Below, piece by piece: positions 41,160 to 50,167 of a DNA stretch of 64,000 nucleotides. Every line of letters begins with the position of its first letter. Position 1 is the stretch's first letter. The DNA is from an uncultured delta proteobacterium. GTDB lineage: Bacteria; Desulfobacterota; Binatia; UBA9968. The stretch is from assembly GCA_963840855.1 (NCBI GenBank), contig CAWJBB010000061.1:1-64000 (forward strand), given 5' to 3'. The translations under genes and the position numbers were made by a program. Under the pieces are notes generated by a model. The model did not search any database and was not told the DNA's origin. It saw only the letters and a program-made list of their open reading frames with translations.

Positions 41160-41190
41160 GTAATATCTCGCGCAAACGCGGGAATCCAGG
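41160..41190. repeat. Half copy of GTCAT.CCCGCG..GCGGGAATCCA palindromic element
   Basis: gtaatatctcgcgcaaacgcgggaatccagg, same family as 43099-43183. Confidence 0.55.
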
Positions 41191-41433
41191 ATGTATCCCT
41201 TCCCCTGTTCAGCCGCGCTCGATGCCCGCCGCAGCCAGCCCTCGACTCCGATCGGGCGCGAATATGACGGACTTTTTTTCGCCCGAAGGCGAGAAGCATC
41301 TAGCCTCCTCTAGAAAAACATGAAAATCGTCTCACTATAGCACGCATACTCCCGTCATGCGCCGTGTTGCGCCTTGACTCGGAAAAGTTTTTCAGGTCTA
41401 TTTTGTCGGCAAGTTAACCTAAAGGAGACGCTA

Positions 41434-42204
41434 ATGATCGACGGACTCAAGGGCAAAGTGGTTATCGTGACCGGCGGCGGACATGGCATCGGGCGGGCGT
41501 ATTGCCACGGTTTTGCCGAAGCGGGCGCCAAAGTCGTCGTCGCGGATATAGACATGCCCGCGGCGGAGAAGGTCGCCGTGGAAGTCGTCAAACAGTATGA
41601 CGGCAAAGCGCTGGGGATTAGAGTCGATGTCGCCAACGAAGACTCGGCAATGGAGATGGCGAAGAAAACCCTATATCATTTCGGCACGATCGACATTCTG
41701 GTTAATAATGCCGCGATCTTCAGCACGATTCCCATGAACCGCGGCGGTATCGACACCATCGATCCGGCCGAATGGGACCGCATGATGTCGGTCAACTTGA
41801 AGGGATTGTTCTATTGCTGCCGCGCGGTTCTGCCGACGATGCGCCAGCACAAGTCGGGTAAGATCGTCAATATTTCTTCCGGCACGGCATTGAATGGCAG
41901 CGCTGGCCGCATTCACTACGTCACTTCCAAGGCCGGTGTGATCGGCTTCACCCGCTGTCTCGCCCGGGAAGTGGGCGACGATAACATCAATGTCAACGCT
42001 ATCGCGCCGGGCTCGACCTTGTCCGAAGAGAACCCGAGTGAAGAAGTGCTCAAGATGCGGGGCGCACGCCTGGCCGACCGCGCTTTGAAGCGAGTACAAC
42101 TACCGAAAGACCTGGTCGGCACAATGCTTTTCTTATCGTCCCCGCTCAGCGATTTTATGACCGGGCAGACGGTTGCCGTCGATGGCGGCGTCGCGTTCTT
42201 ATAG
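41434..42204 (+). CDS. Short-chain dehydrogenase/reductase (FabG-like)
   Basis: TGGGHGIG, LVNNAA, YVTSK, VNAIAPG, VDGG; RBS AAGGAG. Confidence 0.93.
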   Translation: MIDGLKGKVVIVTGGGHGIGRAYCHGFAEAGAKVVVADIDMPAAEKVAVEVVKQYDGKALGIRVDVANEDSAMEMAKKTLYHFGTIDILVNNAAIFSTIPMNRGGIDTIDPAEWDRMMSVNLKGLFYCCRAVLPTMRQHKSGKIVNISSGTALNGSAGRIHYVTSKAGVIGFTRCLAREVGDDNINVNAIAPGSTLSEENPSEEVLKMRGARLADRALKRVQLPKDLVGTMLFLSSPLSDFMTGQTVAVDGGVAFL

Positions 42205-42222
42205 GGGAAAGGAACGTTCCCC

Positions 42223-43044
42223 ATGGCCGACTACCAGCGCCGGTCAATTTACGTCGGCGATATCAAGTCCCACTTTCTCGAAGCCGGCAGCGGCCCCGAT
42301 CTCGTGCTGCTGCACGGCGGCGAATACGGAGCTTCGGCGGAGATCACCTGGCGCCACAACATTGACGCATTGGCGAAGCGATTCCATGTCATCGCTCCGG
42401 ACATGCTCGGCTGGGGCGGCACGGATAAGATTTATAACTTCTCCGACCCTGCAGGGTACCGCATTAGGCATATCAAACGGCTGCTGGAAATCCTCGGTGT
42501 CGCCAAGGCCTTTTTTGTCGGCAACTCCGCCGGCGGCGGCACCATCCTGCGCGCCTCCGTGCTCGATCCTATTCCCTTCCAAATACAAAAGATGGTCACC
42601 ATTTGCGGCAACGCCAGCGTCTTCAAAACCGTCTCGCAAGGAGACCTGGAAAACTACACGCCGTCGCTGGAGAACATGGCGAAAATCGTAAAACTGCTTT
42701 TTCACGACCCCAGGTGGATCACACCGGGCAACATCCAGGAGCGCTACGACGCTTCCGTCATTGCCGGTGCATGGGAAGCCCTTTCCGCCGCGCGGCTTAG
42801 AAGCCCGGCACACCAGGCACGTTCGACGACCGAAGAATTCGTCAAGAAGCTCTCGCAGCTCAAGATTCCGCTCTTGCTCATGTCCTGCGAGCACGATCCG
42901 CTGAACCAGAAGGATTGGGACGTGAACTTTCAAAAAATCGTCCCTGGCTCAAAGGTGCACCGCTTCATGCATTCCGCCCACGAACCGCAGATCGAAGAGA
43001 CCGAAGAGTTCAATCGGGTGCTCACGGAATTTCTGCTGGGCTAG
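42223..43044 (+). CDS. Alpha/beta hydrolase (meta-cleavage product hydrolase-like)
   Basis: LLHGG, VIAPDMLGWG.TDK, nucleophile GNSAGG, EHDPL acid, SAHEPQIE His. Confidence 0.85.
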   Translation: MADYQRRSIYVGDIKSHFLEAGSGPDLVLLHGGEYGASAEITWRHNIDALAKRFHVIAPDMLGWGGTDKIYNFSDPAGYRIRHIKRLLEILGVAKAFFVGNSAGGGTILRASVLDPIPFQIQKMVTICGNASVFKTVSQGDLENYTPSLENMAKIVKLLFHDPRWITPGNIQERYDASVIAGAWEALSAARLRSPAHQARSTTEEFVKKLSQLKIPLLLMSCEHDPLNQKDWDVNFQKIVPGSKVHRFMHSAHEPQIEETEEFNRVLTEFLLG

Positions 43045-43098
43045 GTTCGTAAACGCCCAAAGGGACATTTCAATATCCAAGCCCCAATATAAAAATCC

Positions 43099-43183
43099 GT
43101 CATACCCGCGAACGCGGTATCCAGATCATAACGTAAAGAACTAACTCAAAACAAATCTAGATTTCCGCCTGCGCAGGAATGAT
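43099..43183. repeat. Palindromic element (GTCATxCCCGCG...GCGCAGGAATGA)
   Basis: gtcatacccgcgaacgcggtatccag ... ctagatttccgcctgcgcaggaatgat inverted arms. Confidence 0.7.
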
Positions 43184-43291
43184 AAACCGGATACCGAAAG
43201 TGGCGTCACCACGGTCCAGGCGCTCATGAGCCTCCAGTAGTCAATGCTCTCGCACAACTTTTTCGGTCTTTGGAAATGCGAGACCCACGAT

Positions 43292-44541
43292 TTACTTTTT
43301 TAGTAATATCATCCCAGTATGTGGACCCAGCCGCTGTTTACGGTTCTTGACGGGATTTCCCAAGGTGTCCCAAAAACCGACTTCCACATCACAATAGGCC
43401 GTTTGAGTAGTTGGGTTAACGAGAATCCTTGCCTTAGAAAATTCGCGCACCCAAAGCTCTCCAACATTCCGCCTTGACCCAATGGCTTTCCAATGTCAAG
43501 ATCAAATTCTTTAAACCAGAAATGAGGCACACTGGACGTGCCTTCTTTGAACGACCAAAAGGTTTGAGCACCAGCAATCAACAAATAAGTGCAATAAGCG
43601 TACAAAGTTCTCGGCACATCTCCCGAAAGATTAGCCGGATTAGTACCTACCGACAAAACCTTTCCTGCTGACATTTTCTCGATCACGTCTAAGTACCCGG
43701 CAACCGAATCCTTGTCGGAAAAACCGTGCTCATTGGGAGCATCCAGAGCAAATCCTTCCAATTCCACACCTGCCGCGATCCGCTGTACATCAAGCACGAA
43801 TTTTGGATTAAAATGATGTCCCCACTTAAGAAGTACAATAGGTTCGACATTGGGAACTAATGGTTTTGTCAACTTAGGAACTACGTTGCGAAGAAACTTC
43901 AACTGCGCAGCTTGCCACGTCGTATCGCTCGTATAATTTAATTGCTTGGTAGCTCGACCGACCCATTCGTGGCCATGACTCACCGGAGTGGATAAAAACT
44001 CATCTAAAATTACGCCGTCCCAAGAAGCCGTGGCCAATAGTTTGTTTAACTTCTGCACGAAAAATGTTGCCCAATCTGCGAGACCCGGATCGGGCCAAAA
44101 CTTTCTATCCCATGAGAAACCCTCAATCGGTTTCCCATTGGCGCCTTTCAATAAATAATCAGGCCGATTCTTTAGAATCCATTGAGTGGTTTGTGAATCT
44201 ACACTTCCAGCGTCCATTCCCGAAGCAGTTAACGTAAGTGAACTGGCAAAGTATAGATAAACTTTTGCAGTTCGGTTTACTTGTTTAATCACTTTAACCA
44301 TACTATTGTTGCGTGGGCCTAAGAGCCATAAATCATAATGTGGCGCCAGTCTCTTGATTTCTTCAACCAACGCCGATGTAGAACTGAATCCCCCTCCACG
44401 TAGCTTTGCATATCGAGACTTGCCCATCGATACCCGGGGATATGTACTAAGCTTGGTAGCGACAATCGCGTGAAATGCCTTAGCCCCTGATCCCAATGAT
44501 GACGCATCGGGCAATGGAGGTAGCACAGTTGGAGAAATCAT
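43292..44541 (-). CDS. Putative glycoside hydrolase (GHL15-like TIM barrel), frameshift near 43470
   Basis: PDYLLKGANGKPI, DPGLADW, WDGVILDE, YLLIAG, WFKEFDLDIGKPLG; an alternative frame supplies LWVREFSKARILVNPT...LGPHTGMILLKK*; visibly more AT-rich than its neighbours. Confidence 0.65.
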
Positions 44542-44613
44542 TGTGGTTTCCTTTCTAAAGACAAGTCGTTCATGGTCCCTCAGATCATATTCACTACGTA
44601 AAAACACGCAATG

Positions 44614-44835
44614 CAAGCGCCTGGCGATTTCTCGCTTCGGCAGCGCGTCGGATTCGGGCGTGCGTGATCTCCAACGCTTCGGATTAGATCCCCATGTGTT
44701 GCCCGCCGCGATCCAAACCCAACTCACCTGGATGGCCGAGCGCGATCCTCGCGCGAAAAACGCCAAGCCGGAACAGTTTATCGATGGAACGATCTTAAGA
44801 GAAATCGAAAAAAGCGAGTTTGTGACGCGGCTGCT
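44614..44835 (+). pseudogene. Internally deleted remnant of an NMT1/SsuA-type binding protein
   Basis: KRLAISRFGSASD...FGLDP joined directly to AIQTQL...DPRAKNAKPEQFIDGTILREIEKSEFV. Confidence 0.75.
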
Positions 44836-45166
44836 AACAACAGAAATAGGCAGGATGGTTTTTTTGTGTTTCAAAAACCGAAGCTCGCGAGCGATTGGTT
44901 TGACCGGGAAATGAACATTCCTCTTGCAAACTGGAGAACGAGTGACCCGCGGGCGTCAGCCGCGCCCAGAAGTTCCAGCTTCCAGGCACCGGCTGCACAC
45001 GCGGCGTTAAGCGAGATGGAGGTCGCGATGCAGCTGTACCAGCACGAATCTGAAAGCTGGTTCACGCCGGTCTGACTCTCGCGTTGTCAAGTCGCGGTTC
45101 TCCCCAGCCAAGAATCCTTCATCAAGAGAATATAGCACTGTCTCGATTACTATCCGTAAAATAAAC

Positions 45167-45193
45167 GAGGCAGAGCCATAAAGACTCTGCCTC
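45167..45193 (-). terminator. Rho-independent terminator
   Basis: gaggcagag / ctctgcctc stem followed on the minus strand by GTTTATTTT, about 20 nt after the stop at 45212. Confidence 0.7.
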
Positions 45194-45211
45194 TGACTGT
45201 TTTGAAATAGC

Positions 45212-45816
45212 TTATTTGCCCGGAAGAACTTTCACGAAACCGAACATCTCAACTTCAGTAGGGGGAGCGAAATGATTACTGACGCGCACAGATCACCAGA
45301 TAGGTACCGGGATTAGAAAACTGCACAACTTCAACGCCATCGCGCCGAGCGGGATTTAGCATTTAAGAACGCTCCCCGGTAAATTCTGTCGGCAGACTGA
45401 TTGAGAATTCCGCCGGCCGTAACCGCGAGCGAGATACCGCTCTGAGGACTACAGACGATAAGGATGCGACACGCGGCTGAGGACCAACAGGGAGTTTCTA
45501 TATCAAGGCTAATTTGCTGGGTATAGTACCATCATCGTAGACGGCTACGATGTGCCCACCGCTAATGATAAAATTGACCGAGCCACCTGCCTTTATAGTG
45601 ACGACATCTGAGGATGCCAACTCGTGATTATTGCCCACGCCTCCTGTCGGATCAGCAAGTAGCCTATCGAGCGGTGGCTCGGTTTCCCACTGTCCAAAAC
45701 TTACCGTCGCTTTCCTAGCATGCCGGCGGACCGTCTATGGCCGTTGCCGAGGAAGCACTCAAAGCGAACGCACAGAAGGTCAAAATACCGATCATCGATA
45801 GTATTGAACGTTTCAT
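45212..45816 (-). CDS. Secreted cupredoxin (blue copper)-like protein, frameshifted, absent from the ORF track
   Basis: RBS AGGAG, signal MKRSILSMIGILTFCAFALSASSATA; VVTIKAGGSVNFIISGGHIVAVY; EVVQFSNPGTYLVIC...HF...MFGFVKV. Confidence 0.7.
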
Positions 45817-46125
45817 TGGGTTTCTACTCCTAAGTTGTCAAGCTCACGTTATTGTCTCAAACATACTCCATGGCACGAACATTCGCCCACGCGAAGGCCC
45901 ACGGAAATCCTTCGGGGGGTTATCACTTCCATATTGGCGGACCTCTTCCACCTAATATTATCTGACAAAGGCGAAGTCTTGCCAAATCTCCTGATGCGTG
46001 AAGGCCACTGCTTTGCCGTACTTTGGCAGCAAAGTGCGGACAATATCGACGACCGGCCCGCACATGCGGCTGGTGCAAAATTGCGGCGTGGCAAACACGA
46101 TAAGCTGCGGCTTCCCTTGCATAGG

Positions 46126-47547
46126 TTAGCCCAGCGCGACTTCAGGCCGTCTGCGTCCAAAGCCCGTCGCTTGCTCAAACGCATGGGCAATTTGCAGCAC
46201 GCCGAAATCGTCGCGGTAGCGGCCGACGATTTGAATGCCGACGGGCAAGCCATCGGACGTAAATCCGGCGGGCACCGAGATCGCGGGACAGAAGGTCGCG
46301 CTGATCCAATACGCCGATTTCATCCACGCGATATAGTTCTCCATCACCACCCCCTCGATTTCACGGGGCCAGTGCGTCTTAGCGTCGAACGGCGGCACCT
46401 GGTTCACCGCGCAGATTAGGAATTCATACTGCTCCTGGAAGCGGCGCACGCGTTCCATTAGCTCACCGCGCCGGGCCATCGCCTGGGCGATATCGGCCCC
46501 GGAATAGCGGCTGCCGGCTTCGATTTGCCACACCGCCTCCGGTTTCATTTCATGCCGATGGTTCTCGAGCAGTGGACCCAAGGTGTGCCAGTAGTTCCAC
46601 GCGCGCAGAACCAGGAAAACTTCGTCAGCGCCGCTCAAGTCGGGACAGGCCGCCTCGACGATACAGCCGAGGCCGGTGAATGATTTAAACTGCGCCTCCA
46701 GTACCGATCGAACCCGTCGATCGAGCGGCAAACCACCCAGGTCGGGACACCAGGCGACCCGCACGTTCTTGAAATCGCGCTCCAAGGGTTGGCTAAAAGT
46801 AGTTGGGTCGGAAGGATAGCAGGCCGGATCGCGCGGATGAGCACCCGCCATCGCGCTGAGCAGGAATGCAATGTCGGCGACTGACCGCGCCATCGGCCCT
46901 TTAACGCTAACGCCAAAAAATGGCAACGCCGTCGGCGCTGTGGGCACGAGCCCTACGGTCGGACGAAGCGCAACGATGTTGTTGAAGTTGGCCGGATTGC
47001 GCAGCGAACCGCCGTGATCACTGCCACTCGCCAGCGGCAATAGACCCGCGGCAAGCGCAGCCCCTGCGCCACCGCTCGAGCCCCCGGCGCTTTTAGTGAG
47101 GTCGTAGGGATTAAGCGTGGTTCCGTATACTTCATTGTAAGTGTGCGAACCCATGCCAAACTCGGAGACGTTGGTCTTGCCGATGGGGATTACACCCGCG
47201 CCGCGCAACCGTTCCACCAGCACTGAATCTCCACTCGGCATGAAGTCTTTGAAGATCGGCGAACCCCGGGTCATGGGAAAACCAACCGCGGAGTCTAGAT
47301 CCTTAAAAGCAAAGGGTAGGCCATGGAGCGGTCCAACCGTATCGCCTCCCGTCAATCGCCGATCGGCCTCGTCGGCTTGGGCGAGACATTTCTCGTCATC
47401 CAGCTTGGCGACGATTGCGTTGATCTTGGGATTGACCCGCTCGATCTGGCGCAGATAGGCGCTCATGACTTCGCGCGCGGAAAGCGCGCGCCCGCGAATG
47501 AATTCCGCCAGCTCTCTGGCGCTAGTAAAGCAAATCTCGTTAGCCAT
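46126..47547 (-). CDS. Amidase (amidase-signature family)
   Basis: GPLHGLPFAFKDL, IGKTN, GGSSGG, GSDHGGSLRNPA, GLPVGIQIVG. Confidence 0.95.
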   Translation of the reverse strand: MANEICFTSARELAEFIRGRALSAREVMSAYLRQIERVNPKINAIVAKLDDEKCLAQADEADRRLTGGDTVGPLHGLPFAFKDLDSAVGFPMTRGSPIFKDFMPSGDSVLVERLRGAGVIPIGKTNVSEFGMGSHTYNEVYGTTLNPYDLTKSAGGSSGGAGAALAAGLLPLASGSDHGGSLRNPANFNNIVALRPTVGLVPTAPTALPFFGVSVKGPMARSVADIAFLLSAMAGAHPRDPACYPSDPTTFSQPLERDFKNVRVAWCPDLGGLPLDRRVRSVLEAQFKSFTGLGCIVEAACPDLSGADEVFLVLRAWNYWHTLGPLLENHRHEMKPEAVWQIEAGSRYSGADIAQAMARRGELMERVRRFQEQYEFLICAVNQVPPFDAKTHWPREIEGVVMENYIAWMKSAYWISATFCPAISVPAGFTSDGLPVGIQIVGRYRDDFGVLQIAHAFEQATGFGRRRPEVALG

Positions 47548-47639
47548 GAGTTCGCTCGCGGCGCTATGCTGTGCCGGCCGGCCGAACTTGTCCTTCTATT
47601 AGCTGGTCATAACAGCAGGCGCTTCATCTTGGCGCCTTG

Positions 47640-48197
47640 CTATTTCTGTTTATCCAAGAAGGACAGCCGCTCGGCCATGGGCGTCTCGGGAAAAACATAA
47701 CCGCAGGCGCGGCAGGTGCGCAGAGTGGGATCAGCATTGAATTCGTTATAAACGGCGGAAACCTGCGACGGGATGTTGCCCTGGTTTACCACGCGCGCGA
47801 GCACAAGTTCGTCGCACTTCTCGCAGAACCACACGAACTCCTCTTTTTCTTCTTGCCGCCGCTTGCGCTCGATGACCAAGCCCCAAGTGTTCTCGGAGCG
47901 GCGCGGCGAATGCGGCAATCCGCCGGGGCAAACGAAGATTTCCCCTTCCTTGATCTGCACCGATTGCCGGCGCTCGCCTTCGGGTTTGAGAACCAGCTCC
48001 ATTTCGCCCTCGACTTGATAGAAAAATTCGTCGCCGGGATCGATATGAAAATCGAGCCGCGTATTCGGCCCGCGCAGGATCATTACCAAAAAGTCTTTGT
48101 GCGCGACAATCAGTTTGTTGGTCCGAACAGGCGGATTGAAATAAGAACGGTTTTCCTCAACCCACTTCTTCAGATGATAGGTGGACAGCAATTCCAT
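47640..48197 (-). CDS. nbaC: 3-hydroxyanthranilate 3,4-dioxygenase
   Basis: PPV, GPNTRLDFHIDPGDEFFYQ, PHSPRR, GLVIERKR, rubredoxin-like WFCEKC and RTCRAC. Confidence 0.92.
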   Translation of the reverse strand: MELLSTYHLKKWVEENRSYFNPPVRTNKLIVAHKDFLVMILRGPNTRLDFHIDPGDEFFYQVEGEMELVLKPEGERRQSVQIKEGEIFVCPGGLPHSPRRSENTWGLVIERKRRQEEKEEFVWFCEKCDELVLARVVNQGNIPSQVSAVYNEFNADPTLRTCRACGYVFPETPMAERLSFLDKQK

Positions 48198-48209
48198 AAT
48201 ATTTCTCGC

Positions 48210-48248
48210 TGGAGTGATGGAGTATACTCCAACACTCCATTACTCCAA
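48210..48248. repeat. Octamer TGGAGT / ACTCCA inverted repeat overlapping the stop codon of the upstream gene
   Basis: tggagtga tggagta tactcca acactcca ttactcca. Confidence 0.75.
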
Positions 48249-49022
48249 TTTTCTCGGCTGCTCGCATTCCCGCGCGACGCCGTCGGTGAGGGCCCACCAT
48301 ATCGACAAACCTTTACGCAATGCTTTCAACACCCGCGCCTGCAATTCATTCGTGATGGCGAACTCTTCCACCAGTTCGTAGCCGATGTTGCTGTGCTCGG
48401 TATCGGCTTCGCCGTGCTCGGCGAAAAACTCGATGTCGTGCGGCTTCAAGCCGTAATGATCGCGGAAAGCTCGGAAAAACTTGCCGCCGGTCAATTGGTT
48501 GGAGAATTCGTTGCAGCAGTTCGTCGACGCGACTTGCTCGAGGATATGATTACTGCGCAGCGCAATATCGAGCCACCCCACCCGGGCCAATACCGTCGTC
48601 GGGAGAAAGTCTTCTTCAATCTCGCATCGTTCGAGTTCCTGCGCGGCAATCCCGATGCTTTCGCCAAAACGCAGAAACAGGGCGCGGTGGCCCAAGACCG
48701 GGCGCGGCGATCCTTCGAAATAGGTATAGCCGACTTCGGAATGAATGATATCGACAAACTTCTTGTGAATTTCGGGATCGTGGATGCCGGAAAGCTGGCA
48801 GCGCACGAGTTTGGCCGTGTTGATGGCTACGTTATAGCTGAAGATGCCCCAGGCTTCTCTGGCCCATATGCGCACGGCCTCTATCGAAAGCTTACCTTCA
48901 TAAAGATCGAGATAAAACGGATGGTAAAGGCGCGCGTGGCGGTTCTTCACTTCCTCCATCAAGGCCGCACAGAACTCTTTTGTCGGAAGTGTCTTGCCGC
49001 CTAGCACCGCTTCAACTGACAT
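48240..49022 (-). CDS. Heme-oxygenase-like diiron enzyme (TenA/PqqC/CADD-like)
   Basis: HPFY..LYEGKL, SEVG...GHRALF.RFGESIG, NEF, FFAEHGEADTEHS (E..H..E..H-x3-D-x2-H ligand set). Confidence 0.8.
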   Translation of the reverse strand: MSVEAVLGGKTLPTKEFCAALMEEVKNRHARLYHPFYLDLYEGKLSIEAVRIWAREAWGIFSYNVAINTAKLVRCQLSGIHDPEIHKKFVDIIHSEVGYTYFEGSPRPVLGHRALFLRFGESIGIAAQELERCEIEEDFLPTTVLARVGWLDIALRSNHILEQVASTNCCNEFSNQLTGGKFFRAFRDHYGLKPHDIEFFAEHGEADTEHSNIGYELVEEFAITNELQARVLKALRKGLSIWWALTDGVARECEQPRKLE

Positions 49023-49069
49023 GGATGACCTCGCCAGCTTCAGTCCAAAAATCTACAAAAAGTACATGC

Positions 49070-49137
49070 GAGATTCTTCGTGGCGCTCAGAATGACAGAT
49101 TCGGGGATTGTCATCCTGAACGAAGTGAAAGGATCTC
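49070..49137. repeat. Palindromic element (AGATTCTTCG..CTCAGAATGAC / GTCATCCTGA..GAAGGATCT)
   Basis: gagattcttcgtggcgctcagaatgaca ... tgtcatcctgaacgaagtgaaaggatctc. Confidence 0.75.
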
Positions 49138-49163
49138 GTCCCCTTTAACATCACTCCACGCCA

Positions 49164-49306
49164 TCAGCGTCGATACAGCTCGGCGATGTAAGCACCGTCC
49201 TCCAGCTCCTTTAGGAAACGCGGCTCGATGAATCGTTTCGGATCGGCGCCTCTGGCTTTGACATTGGTTTTTGCCAGGTCTTCCAAAGCAGCGATTTCTT
49301 CAACGT
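49164..49306 (-). pseudogene. Orphan C-terminal remnant of an NMT1/SsuA-type binding protein
   Basis: VEEIAALEDLAKTNVKARGADPKRFIEPRFLKELEDGAYIAELYRR*. Confidence 0.75.
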
Positions 49307-49313
49307 CACTCCC

Positions 49314-49745
49314 TTATTGCTTTTCGCGCTCGTCGTACTTGAATTTGTTAGCATTGCAAGCTACTTCGACGCGGTTGCCGTCAGGATCGAGAAAACTGAT
49401 GGAGCGGTTGCCGGCGACAACCAGCGTCTCCGGTCCGCTGACAATCGGAATTTTCCGCCGTTTCAAGATCGGATACAGCTTGTCGATGACTTCGTTGGCA
49501 TCGACGTAGATACAAAAATGATGGAGTTTGGGCATCCCCTTCCCCGTTACGAGTTTCGCGCCCGCCGGCAGCGCCTGCAGAGCAACGTCATGGTGTTCCC
49601 GCCCGTAACTCAAGAACGTCATCTTCGTCTGCTTGTTCCGCGCCGAGACTTTTAACCCGAGCACTGAGCGGTAAAAATTCTCCGACTTCTTGAGATTCGC
49701 CACGTTCAGTACGATGTGGCCCAATACTCCGTTCGAGACGCTCAT
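49314..49745 (-). CDS. VOC family protein (extradiol dioxygenase-like single domain)
   Basis: LGHIVLNV, FYRSVLGL, HHDVAL, LHHFC, FLDPDGNRVEV. Confidence 0.9.
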   Translation of the reverse strand: MSVSNGVLGHIVLNVANLKKSENFYRSVLGLKVSARNKQTKMTFLSYGREHHDVALQALPAGAKLVTGKGMPKLHHFCIYVDANEVIDKLYPILKRRKIPIVSGPETLVVAGNRSISFLDPDGNRVEVACNANKFKYDEREKQ

Positions 49746-50167
49746 CGTAGCTTCATTTAATCGGTGGAATCTTTGCTGTCAAGCTAATGTCTTCGCGTCT
49801 CGGCCACAGTCATACCGAGCACATCGCCTCGAATCGCAGTATCAACGTCACCGTTCCGGAGTACTTGAAGACGATCAGGTTAGGAATATCGACTCCGTAG
49901 ACACGCAGACCGGCATGTCGCACCTCCAGTGCCTTTAGCCGCGCATGGTGCAGCGCAAATCGAGGCCCTACCTGTTTCACTTCCAGCTTGACAAAGCTTT
50001 CGGAAGTCAGGAGAATCACGCCGGTTTTGGTAAGTTCGCAACCGTACTTGGTAGACCGACATAGCTGCGAGTCGGGGGTCGAGAAATTCACTGGCACCGT
50101 CATGCGCGACTGTTCCCTCACCCAATTTGCAGCCCGGAGTTATTGAAACCAGGAGGGAGGTTTTCAC

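Noticed and set aside
44542-44874. N-terminal 111 aa of the 521-aa ORF
   Set aside because: Antisense to the SBP remnant; the ATG at 44541 with an AAGGA RBS is the more plausible start
47637-49004. 455-aa plus-strand ORF
   Set aside because: Antisense shadow of nbaC and the diiron enzyme; no motifs. The same applies to most overlapping ORFs in the track
49810-50167. Short minus-strand ORFs between the VOC and DppA-like genes
   Set aside because: No RBS or recognisable motifs; cannot be supported
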